Shown here: in pieces, positions 1-7,002 of the stretch
Position numbering within the stretch: the first letter of the stretch is position 1
How the letters are laid out: the number at the start of each line of letters is the position of its first letter
Assembly: GCA_027340875.1 (NCBI GenBank)
Contig: DAIENX010000036.1
Span: 1-16,625, forward strand
Source: Elusimicrobiota bacterium
Lineage (GTDB): Bacteria > Elusimicrobiota > Elusimicrobia > Elusimicrobiales > UBA9959
DNA length: 16,625 nucleotides
Reading direction: 5' to 3'
Made by a program: the position numbers and the translations under genes
The notes under the pieces: model-generated
Told to the model about the DNA's origin: nothing
What the model saw: only the letters and a program-made list of their open reading frames with translations
Database searches by the model: none

Positions 1-2721
1 CGGCGCCGTGACGTTCTTCGCGGAGTCGGTGGCGAAGACCGCGGTGTACATGGACGGCAGCGGCAGCGTGACCCCGTAGGTGACGGCGCTGGAAAGGGAT
101 ATCATGCCGTCGTCGTTATAGGCGCCCACCGCGTAATAGTAAGTGGTGGCGTAACGCAGGCCGTAGTCCTGGAAGGAGGTGGAGACCAGCACGTCGCTCC
201 AGGAGCGCACCGTGCTCCAGTTCACGCCATCGGTGGACCGGGCCACCGCGTAGCGGGGGCCCTCGCTGGCGGGCCAGGCCAGCGTCATCGTGTAGGAGCC
301 GGTGCTGGTGATGGCCAGCGAGGCCGGCGCGTTCACCAGCGTGGAGGCCGCGGCTTCCGCGTAGGCGCCTTCGCCGTCGTAGGTGGTGACGGAGCGCACC
401 CGCCGGACGTAGCGGGCGTTGGCGCTGGACAGGCCGACTTCGTCGTAATAGGTGGCCGAGGCCGCCAGGCCGGAGGCCAGCACGCCGTCGGTGGACGTGT
501 AAAGGTTATAGGACGTGACGCCGGAATAGATCTCGGTCCACCACCAGCGTATGGAGGTGGTGCCGGTGGCCACGGCGAAGAACGTCGGCGCGCCGTGCTT
601 GGTCATTGTGCTCTCGGCGAAGCTGTAGTCCGCGCGGTGCCCGGCGGTGGCGGTGGACAGGCCCACGGTCTGCACGCCCAGCAGGTTGATGGCGCCTATG
701 CGGTAGGTATAGGTGGTGAACGGCAGCAGGCCGTCCGTCGAGACTCCGGCTCCGGTATCGTAGAACTTGTTGCCGGTGACGCTGGAGACGAACACCCACG
801 GGCCTTTGGAGCCCAGCGTGGTGGAGCGCTCCACGCGGTACTGCGTGGCGGGCACCTGCGGCTCCAGCCATTGCAGGCCCAGACCGTGCGGGGCTATAGT
901 AGCGAAGGCCACATCGTTTGGCGGCGTGGCGTAGGTGTAGCCGTCCGCGTCGGTGCCGTAGCTGCCGTAGTGGTTGTAGTAGTACTCCCATTGCTTGGGG
1001 ACCGCGTCGTAATGCGGGTTGCCTGCCACCCAGTCCGGGTCCTGCTGCGTAACCCAGATCGTGACGGTGTGCGTGCTGTTGGTCATCAGGTAGTCGAGGC
1101 TGTAAGAGGTGCTGCTCACCCCGGCCAGGAAGTCCGTGGGGTCCCAATAGGCCGTGCCGTCCGGATGGTGATGCAGGTCTCCCAGCGTGTAGCCGCTGAT
1201 GTACCCGGGATTGGTGTAGGCCGAGGTGGACCAGTTGCAGCGCATGGCCGTGTCGGTCCAGGAGGTGCAGGTATAGTTGGACGGGGCTACGGGACGCGTC
1301 ATGACCCTGTAAAGCCGGGTGTAGGCGAAGGGATTGTAGGCGTCGGCGGGGGTCTGCTCTCGGTCGCCGTTAATCGCCCCGACGCGGATATCGAACCTGG
1401 TGTTGCTGGCGAGGCCGGAAATGGTCTGCGGCGGCCCTCCCACTATCGAGGAGGTAACGGCCACGGCGAAGCCGCCGGTGGTGGAATGGTCTATCACGAA
1501 CTGGCTAGCGATGCCGACCTGCGGCCCGGTGGCGGTCCAGACCATATCCCAGGTGAGGGAAATATAGTTCTCGCCCAGATGGGCCACATCGAACGGGGAC
1601 GGGTCCGGCCAGACCACGGTGGTGGTCGGCGCGGAAATGGCGTAGGTGTACTTCTGGTAGGCCTGGGAACCTTCGCTCTCCAGATAGCCCACCGCCTTGA
1701 GCCAGCGGGCATGCCGTGAATTGGCCGACGGGGTGACGCTGTCGATGTAGACCTCCAGCCAGTAGCTGGTATTGGCCCCCAGCGTGGCGATCATCTCGCC
1801 CTTGTCTCCGGCCAGGGGCAGTTCCCCTTCCACCGCTATGGTGGAATGGTAGACTTTGAACCCCGTGATCCCAGTGCCGGCGAACATGTCCTTGTCCCAG
1901 CGCCATTCTATGGTGTAGGAGGAGACGGCCACCGCGGCGAAGCTCTGCGGGGTCAGGGGCGGGGTGGTGAACGTCCGGGTGGCGCTGTAGACGCCTGGGG
2001 TCAGCTCGTCGTCCCCGTTCAAGGCGCCCATCCTTATCATGTAATGCTTGTTGCTCAGGACGGGGAAGGTCTCCCAGGGCACGAAGAAGCTGCGGTTGCG
2101 GACGTAGGTCGCGCCGCCGTCAGTGGAGCATTCGATGGCGTAGGCGCTGGCGTACACCGGGTTGGGGAACCAGTAGGTTTTGGGGATCTCCGCGTAAGCG
2201 CTGGTGGAAACGATGGTGCCGTAGCGCTTGGCCCAGGGAAGGGAGAGGGAATTGGTCGTCGGCGCGGCTACGGGCGCGTCGGAGGAGATCGCTATCTCGA
2301 CCGGCGGCAGGGCGTAAGTGTATTTCTGTATGTGCAGGGAATCGCTGCCTTCGTCGGTAGCGTCATAGACGGTCACCCAGCGCGTAACGGAAGAATCCGC
2401 GCCGAGGCCCGAGTCTATGTAATAACTGGTGTCCAGCGCCAGGGGGATGTAGGCGCCGGCGGCGCTGGAGGTGTACAGCTTATAGCCGGTCAGGCCGGAC
2501 CCGGTGAAGGAGCCGGTGGACCAGGACCACTGGACGGCGGAAGTGGAAACCGCGGTCGCCGTAAATCCAGGGACCACGCTGATGGCCGGGTTGGCCGAGA
2601 AACGCAGCGTCCGCTGGGAAGTCCTGGATACGCGCCCGCCGGCGAAGGCGGAGGACGGCCAGGCCAGCAGGAGGGCCAGCGGAAGTAAAGACAGCAGCGC
2701 TCTGATTTTTCTTGCCCCCAT
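1..2721 (-). CDS. Large secreted fibronectin type III (FN3)-like repeat protein, 3'-truncated by the window edge (>=907 aa)
   Basis: Translated by hand. The ATG at 2721 is preceded by an AGGGGAG SD, and the frame is open to position 1 with no stop, so it is absent from the ORF track. It has a signal peptide MGARKIRALLSLLPLALLLAWPSSAFA, then about 8 beta-rich modules with FN3 hallmarks (e.g. FTATAVSTSAVQWSW, GLLPFTTYTYRIGAIN, GLRYATTYYYAVGAYN). Confidence 0.88.
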   Translation of the reverse strand, partial: MGARKIRALLSLLPLALLLAWPSSAFAGGRVSRTSQRTLRFSANPAISVVPGFTATAVSTSAVQWSWSTGSFTGSGLTGYKLYTSSAAGAYIPLALDTSYYIDSGLGADSSVTRWVTVYDATDEGSDSLHIQKYTYALPPVEIAISSDAPVAAPTTNSLSLPWAKRYGTIVSTSAYAEIPKTYWFPNPVYASAYAIECSTDGGATYVRNRSFFVPWETFPVLSNKHYMIRMGALNGDDELTPGVYSATRTFTTPPLTPQSFAAVAVSSYTIEWRWDKDMFAGTGITGFKVYHSTIAVEGELPLAGDKGEMIATLGANTSYWLEVYIDSVTPSANSRHARWLKAVGYLESEGSQAYQKYTYAISAPTTTVVWPDPSPFDVAHLGENYISLTWDMVWTATGPQVGIASQFVIDHSTTGGFAVAVTSSIVGGPPQTISGLASNTRFDIRVGAINGDREQTPADAYNPFAYTRLYRVMTRPVAPSNYTCTSWTDTAMRCNWSTSAYTNPGYISGYTLGDLHHHPDGTAYWDPTDFLAGVSSTSYSLDYLMTNSTHTVTIWVTQQDPDWVAGNPHYDAVPKQWEYYYNHYGSYGTDADGYTYATPPNDVAFATIAPHGLGLQWLEPQVPATQYRVERSTTLGSKGPWVFVSSVTGNKFYDTGAGVSTDGLLPFTTYTYRIGAINLLGVQTVGLSTATAGHRADYSFAESTMTKHGAPTFFAVATGTTSIRWWWTEIYSGVTSYNLYTSTDGVLASGLAASATYYDEVGLSSANARYVRRVRSVTTYDGEGAYAEAAASTLVNAPASLAITSTGSYTMTLAWPASEGPRYAVARSTDGVNWSTVRSWSDVLVSTSFQDYGLRYATTYYYAVGAYNDDGMISLSSAVTYGVTLPLPSMYTAVFATDSAKNVTAP

Positions 2722-2853
2722 TCTATCTCCCCTGTAAAAAAATAGAAAAACGGACGGACCTATGCCCGGTAGTGTATAAATCAGGATTGTAGCACTTAAA
2801 CAGCGGCATTTCCATATATAAACGCGTTTTTATAAATGAATCGCGCGGGGAGC

Positions 2854-2892
2854 AAAAAGAGGCGGGCGGCCCGCCCGGGCCGCCCGCCTCTT
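2854..2892 (-). terminator. Rho-independent terminator of the clostripain gene
   Basis: 16-bp perfect stem AAGAGGCGGGCGGCCC-gccc-GGGCCGCCCGCCTCTT with an A-run on the left (U-tract on the - strand), just past the stop at 2911. Confidence 0.85.
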
Positions 2893-2910
2893 GCCGGTAA
2901 TCCTCCCCGC

Positions 2911-4314
2911 TCAGGGCTTGGAGGCGTTGAGGGCGTTGGTGAGACAATCCAGATAGGCCATCAGCTGCTGCAGGCTGGCGCCCTCCGGGGGCTTCACGCA
3001 GCCGCTCATGAACTCCAGGCCGGGGGCGGAGACGCCCTTCATTTCCTTCAGCAGGTCGTCCCACTTCGTGTCCCTGGCCCAGGCCAGCTGGTCGTATTTC
3101 TCGTTATAGCCCTGCTCGGGCAGGTAGATCGCCAGGCCGTGCGAGGCCTCGTCGCGGCCGTAGCCTTCCTTGTAAGCCGTATTGCCGATGACCATCGCGT
3201 CCAGCGCGTCCGTCATCGCGCGGCCGCTGTCGGCCAGCGCCGGGTCCGCCTCGGCTGCCAGCCGGGCGAAGTCGGAGAGGTCCTTGTTGTCCTTGTCGGC
3301 GTAGGAGGCCGCGCCGTAGAACTTGGCCTTTATCTGCGGCTTCTTGTCCGAGGCCAGCAGTGCGTCGGTCCAGGAGCCGAAGGCGGACATGAAGCCCGGC
3401 AGGGCCGATATGTCGATAGCCGAGAGCGTGACCTTCTTGCCCTTGGCGCCGTAGAACGAATCGTAGGCGGTGACCATGCCGGCCGCCAGCTCGCCGGCGC
3501 TCCGGGAGCCCGAAGCGAAAGCCGGGAGGAAGGCGTCGTAGGGGAAACCGAGGCCGGGGATGGTCTCCTCGGAGCCGACTATGTAATCCGCGTGATCCTT
3601 CACCTCGTAGACCAGCTCGGCCATCTGCATCAGGCAGGCGTCGTAGGCCAGGATGTCCACCTTGCCTATCTCGCGCATGGCCGCGCCCAGCTCAGGAGTG
3701 GAGATATGGTTCTTGGTCTCGAAATCGTAGGAGATGCCCTTGCTGACCGCCTTCGTGGTCACCCAGCCGGAGCCGTGGTTCCAGACTATAAGCGCGTAGT
3801 GGCGGGCGGGATAGTTCTTCATGCCCCACTTGGCGAAGTCCACCAGGTGGCGCCAGTCGCCCATGTCCACCTTGTCGAAGGTCTGCACGGCCTTGGACTT
3901 TATCCTGTTCTCGTCGGTGTCCTTCGTGACGTAGAAGCGGCGAGAGCCGGTCCAGTCGCCGTCGAAATGCACGTCGTTCTGCTGGCCGTTCATGCGGCCG
4001 GTCTCTGTGAGTATGTTGAGGGAATCGCCGGAGCCCACGAGCTCCATCTTGTTGACGTTGTAGAGGCCGGCCACCTCGAGGTCGTTCTTGCCGTTCATGT
4101 AGACCATCACGGTCCATTCCTTGACCGGCTGCGGCTTGTCTTCGTCGTGATGGGAGAACCAGCCTTTCGTCCCGGCCGGTACGGCGACCTCGGGGGCGTC
4201 CGTCCCCGTCAGGGCGTCCTTCACGTCAAAGCCCCTGTCGAAATCCATGCCGGCGAAAGCCCAGGGCCCTCCGGAAAACATTATCGCGAGAACCGCAGCT
4301 ATGCGCTTGATCAT
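2911..4314 (-). CDS. Clostripain-family (peptidase C11) cysteine protease, secreted
   Basis: Motifs KEWTVMVYMNGKNDLE, YPARHYALIVWNHGSGW (catalytic His) and DILAYDACLMQMAE (catalytic Cys), plus SEETIPGLGFPY and GLAIYLP. Signal peptide MIKRIAAVLAIMFSGGPWAFA. Start placed at 4314 (GGGAGG SD); the in-frame ATG at 4335 is an alternative. Confidence 0.9.
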   Translation of the reverse strand: MIKRIAAVLAIMFSGGPWAFAGMDFDRGFDVKDALTGTDAPEVAVPAGTKGWFSHHDEDKPQPVKEWTVMVYMNGKNDLEVAGLYNVNKMELVGSGDSLNILTETGRMNGQQNDVHFDGDWTGSRRFYVTKDTDENRIKSKAVQTFDKVDMGDWRHLVDFAKWGMKNYPARHYALIVWNHGSGWVTTKAVSKGISYDFETKNHISTPELGAAMREIGKVDILAYDACLMQMAELVYEVKDHADYIVGSEETIPGLGFPYDAFLPAFASGSRSAGELAAGMVTAYDSFYGAKGKKVTLSAIDISALPGFMSAFGSWTDALLASDKKPQIKAKFYGAASYADKDNKDLSDFARLAAEADPALADSGRAMTDALDAMVIGNTAYKEGYGRDEASHGLAIYLPEQGYNEKYDQLAWARDTKWDDLLKEMKGVSAPGLEFMSGCVKPPEGASLQQLMAYLDCLTNALNASKP

Positions 4315-4341
4315 CGAACCTCCCGTGAATTCCATGGTAAT

Positions 4342-4422
4342 AGTATAGCGGCCCCGGAGGAGATGCGGGAGCGGCCAAGGGCCTATAACGGCGCCGTATT
4401 ATGGCCCATCCCCAAGGGCCTA
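4342..4422 (-). promoter_or_regulatory. Putative promoter (-10 TATACT) and upstream repeated/palindromic site for the clostripain gene
   Basis: TATACT on the - strand at 4347-4342; direct repeat CCAAGGGCCTA at 4375-4385 and 4412-4422; imperfect palindrome 4379-4407. Confidence 0.5.
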
Positions 4423-4483
4423 ACGGGCAACAGGAAAGCCGGCAGAGCCCTGCCCTCGATACGATGCGCGGCCGCGCTTTTAC

Positions 4484-4489
4484 TATAAT
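4484..4489 (+). promoter_or_regulatory. Putative sigma70 -10 box of the ChaN-like gene
   Basis: Perfect TATAAT in a GC-rich background, 8 nt before the ATG at 4498. Confidence 0.55.
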
Positions 4490-4497
4490 TTAGAGGT

Positions 4498-5514
4498 ATG
4501 AGATCATCCTATTTCCTGCTTCTGTTCCTGATGCCGGTCTGCCTGTCTGCCGCCGTTAAGAAGCCGGCGGCCAACGTGGCGGACAGGAAGGCGCCGGAAG
4601 CGCCCGAAGCGCCCATAGTCCTGACCACCTCCACCCCCGGCTTCTGCATACTGGGAGGCCAGTCCGGCAAGTCGTATTCCGGGGAAGCGGCCTTCAAGGC
4701 GGTACTCTGGAAGAACGACGTGATCTACATCGGCGAGACACACGACGAGGAACAGGACCACCGGGCCCAGCTCGAGGCGCTGAAGGCGCTGCGCATAGCC
4801 CGCGGAAGCCGTATAGCGGTGGCTTTCGAGATGCTGGACTACACGGCCCAGCCGGCGCTGGACGACTACCTGGCAGGGAAGATCGGCGAGGCCGAGTTCC
4901 AGGCCAGGACCGGCTGGCAGAGCGGCAAGGGGTTCGACTATTCGCTCTACAAGCCGCTGCTGGATCTCGCGGCGGCCAACCGTCTGCGCGGCCTGGCGCT
5001 GAACATACCGAAGACCATGGTGTTCAAGATAGCCCGCAGCGGGCTCCAGAGCCTGACGCCGGAGGAAAGGCAGGCCCTCCCCAAGGAGGTGAACATCACC
5101 TCCCACAAGAAGTACAACGAATACCTCAAGGAGTCGTTCACGATGCACTCCGGCACCTCGGTGCCGAAAGACCTCGCCTTCGAGAACTACCGGGCCTCCA
5201 TGGGAGCCTGGAACGAGGCGATGGGAAGCAGGATAGCGGACTTCGTCACGGCGAACCCCGGCTTCGCCGTGCTGGTCATCACCGGCAACGGCCACCTGAT
5301 GTACAACGCGGCCATCCCGGCCTCCGTGAAGGCGCGCACCGAGAAGCTGCGGCAGGTCTCTTTCTATACCGAGCAGGCCGAGTCCTGCCCGGAGAAGATG
5401 CCCGAGGCCAACAAGAACGTGGCGAACTATATCTGGTACATAAAGCACCCGGCGCCGCCCGCTGCCGCCCCCGTGCAGGCCAGCACTTCGGCGCCGGCCG
5501 CGGCCGGCAGGTAG
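4498..5514 (+). CDS. ChaN/PhuW-family (haem-binding uptake, EreA/ChaN fold) exported protein
   Basis: Family-typical segments [60 protein letters not shown] and [10 protein letters not shown]. Hydrophobic N-terminal signal; Ala/Pro-rich tail. Confidence 0.82.
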   Translation: MRSSYFLLLFLMPVCLSAAVKKPAANVADRKAPEAPEAPIVLTTSTPGFCILGGQSGKSYSGEAAFKAVLWKNDVIYIGETHDEEQDHRAQLEALKALRIARGSRIAVAFEMLDYTAQPALDDYLAGKIGEAEFQARTGWQSGKGFDYSLYKPLLDLAAANRLRGLALNIPKTMVFKIARSGLQSLTPEERQALPKEVNITSHKKYNEYLKESFTMHSGTSVPKDLAFENYRASMGAWNEAMGSRIADFVTANPGFAVLVITGNGHLMYNAAIPASVKARTEKLRQVSFYTEQAESCPEKMPEANKNVANYIWYIKHPAPPAAAPVQASTSAPAAAGR

Positions 5515-5542
5515 CCCGTCGGGGCGCGAGCGCCCAAAAGGG

Positions 5543-5605
5543 TATAATATCCGGGATACAGGGCGCCGGCCGGGCCCGCAAGATTTAACTGACAGACAAA
5601 GGAGA
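5543..5605 (+). promoter_or_regulatory. Putative -10 box and SD of the OTCase gene
   Basis: TATAAT at 5543-5548; AAGGAGA at 5599-5605 before the ATG at 5612. Confidence 0.55.
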
Positions 5606-5611
5606 ACCCAC

Positions 5612-6616
5612 ATGGCATTCAATCTTCGCAACAGGCATTTCCTGAAGGAGCTGGACTTCACGCGGGAGGAGCTGGTCTTCCTGCTGAAGCTGGCGGCCGA
5701 CCTCAAGGCGGCCAAGTACTCCGGCACCGAGCGCCAGCGCCTCAAGGGCAAGAACATAGCGCTGATCTTCGAGAAGACCTCCACCCGCACCCGCTGCGCC
5801 TTCGAGGTGGCCGCGCACGACCAGGGCGCTCACGTGACCTACCTGGAGCCCACCGGCTCCCAGATGGGCCACAAGGAGACCGTCAAGGACACCGCGCGCG
5901 TCCTCGGCCGCATGTACGACGGCATAGAGTACCGCGGCTTCGGCCAGGAGATAGTGGAGGAGCTGGCGAAGTACGCCGGCGTGCCGGTGTGGAACGGCCT
6001 GACCAACCAGTGGCACCCCACGCAGATGCTGGCCGATGTGTTGACGATGACGGAGCACTGCGACAAGCCGCTCGAGAAGATAGCCTACGCCTACGTCGGC
6101 GACGCGCGCTTCAACATGGGCCGCTCGCTGCTGGTAGTGGGCTCCATCCTCGGCATGGACGTGCGCATAGGCGCCCCCAAGGGCCTGCAACCCGACGCCG
6201 AGCTCATCGCCAAGTGCAAGGAGATAGCCAGGACCTCAGGCGCCCGCATCACCGTGACCGACAAGGTGGACGCCGCAGTGAAGGGCGTGGATTACCTGCA
6301 CACCGACGTGTGGGTCTCCATGGGCGAGCCGAAGGAAGTCTGGGCGGAGCGCATAAAGCTGCTCAAGCCATACCAGGTCAACCCGGCCATGATGAAGAAG
6401 ACCGGCAACAAGAACGTGAAGTTCATGCACTGCCTGCCGGCGTTCCACAACGCCGACACCAAGGTGGGCAAGCAGGTCAGCGAGCAGTTCGGCCTGAAGA
6501 ACGGCATAGAGGTGACCGAGGACGTCTTCGAATCCCCCGCCTGCATCGCGTTCGACCAGGCCGAGAACCGCATGCACACCATCAAGGCCGTGATGGTGGC
6601 CACCCTCGGCGCATAA
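5612..6616 (+). CDS. argF: Ornithine carbamoyltransferase (ArgF/ArcB)
   Basis: Carbamoyl-phosphate motif [17 protein letters not shown], ornithine-binding TDVWVSMG and FMHCLP, and [11 protein letters not shown]. Confidence 0.97.
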   Translation: MAFNLRNRHFLKELDFTREELVFLLKLAADLKAAKYSGTERQRLKGKNIALIFEKTSTRTRCAFEVAAHDQGAHVTYLEPTGSQMGHKETVKDTARVLGRMYDGIEYRGFGQEIVEELAKYAGVPVWNGLTNQWHPTQMLADVLTMTEHCDKPLEKIAYAYVGDARFNMGRSLLVVGSILGMDVRIGAPKGLQPDAELIAKCKEIARTSGARITVTDKVDAAVKGVDYLHTDVWVSMGEPKEVWAERIKLLKPYQVNPAMMKKTGNKNVKFMHCLPAFHNADTKVGKQVSEQFGLKNGIEVTEDVFESPACIAFDQAENRMHTIKAVMVATLGA

Positions 6617-6630
6617 CGCTCCGCGAGCAT

Positions 6631-6661
6631 AAAAAAGCCCCGGGCCGCCCCGGGGCTTTTT
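6631..6661 (+). terminator. Bidirectional intrinsic terminator after the OTCase gene
   Basis: AAAAAAGCCCCGGG-ccg-CCCCGGGGCTTTTT: GC stem flanked by A and T runs. Confidence 0.88.
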
Positions 6662-6680
6662 GCTTTCCATTATCGATCAC

Positions 6681-6990
6681 AGACTGTCCGAGGATAAAAA
6701 GCCATCAGCATGCGCGGGTGGCGGCGGATTCGGGCACGGAGGGCCGTCGCGCAGTCGCGACCGACTTGCCGAGACGGGCCGTCGCGGACCGAAGCCGCTT
6801 GCGCAGCGCGGCGAGGGGATGGCCGCGAAGCGGCCAGGTCTGCGTGACGAGCCCCGCACGGTGGCCGCTTGATGAGCATAGCTCTCGATGCGGCACGGCC
6901 ACAGGCCAGTGCGAGACCGCGTGCCCGGTGAGGTAAGTCGGGAGCGACTGCTTTGAAGCGGGAAGCGCTAGCTTTTGGACCGACAAATCA
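6681..6990 (+). other. Highly structured non-coding element (candidate ncRNA or MITE-like element), family not recognised
   Basis: Lies between convergent genes. Helices: 6751-6770/6932-6951, 6776-6790/6837-6854, hairpins 6794-6812 and 6820-6836, 6861-6867/6896-6902, and crossing helix 6731-6738/6920-6927. Overlapping short ORFs have no recognisable protein character. Confidence 0.6.
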
Positions 6991-7002
6991 ACTTTTTTGC
7001 TT

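Noticed and set aside
506..2737. ORF-track calls 506..1147, 595..1719, 1494..1712, 1505..1906, 1846..2688 and 2504..2737
   Set aside because: These are shadow or off-frame ORFs of the real - strand FN3 gene (2721 to <1), with low-complexity Gly/Arg/Val-rich translations typical of high-GC DNA.
2789..2815. CIRCE-like half-site TAGCACT
   Set aside because: There is no matching GAGTGCTAA half nine bases away, and the downstream gene is not a chaperone.
2836..4488. 550-aa + strand ORF, and similar long antisense ORFs (4504..5790, 6997..8610, 8516..9703, 12449..13381, 13824..14849, 14913..15809)
   Set aside because: They are antisense to well-supported genes. Strong GC3 bias suppresses stops on the opposite strand, and they show no motifs or RBS.
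6868..6890. Hammerhead-like TGATGA
   Set aside because: It reads UUGAUGA rather than CUGANGA and has no GAAA after the putative stem II.
6660..6986. Short ORFs (60-93 aa) in the OTCase / PLP-enzyme gap
   Set aside because: Several overlap in different frames, none has a clear SD or protein-like composition, and the region is better explained by nucleic-acid structure.
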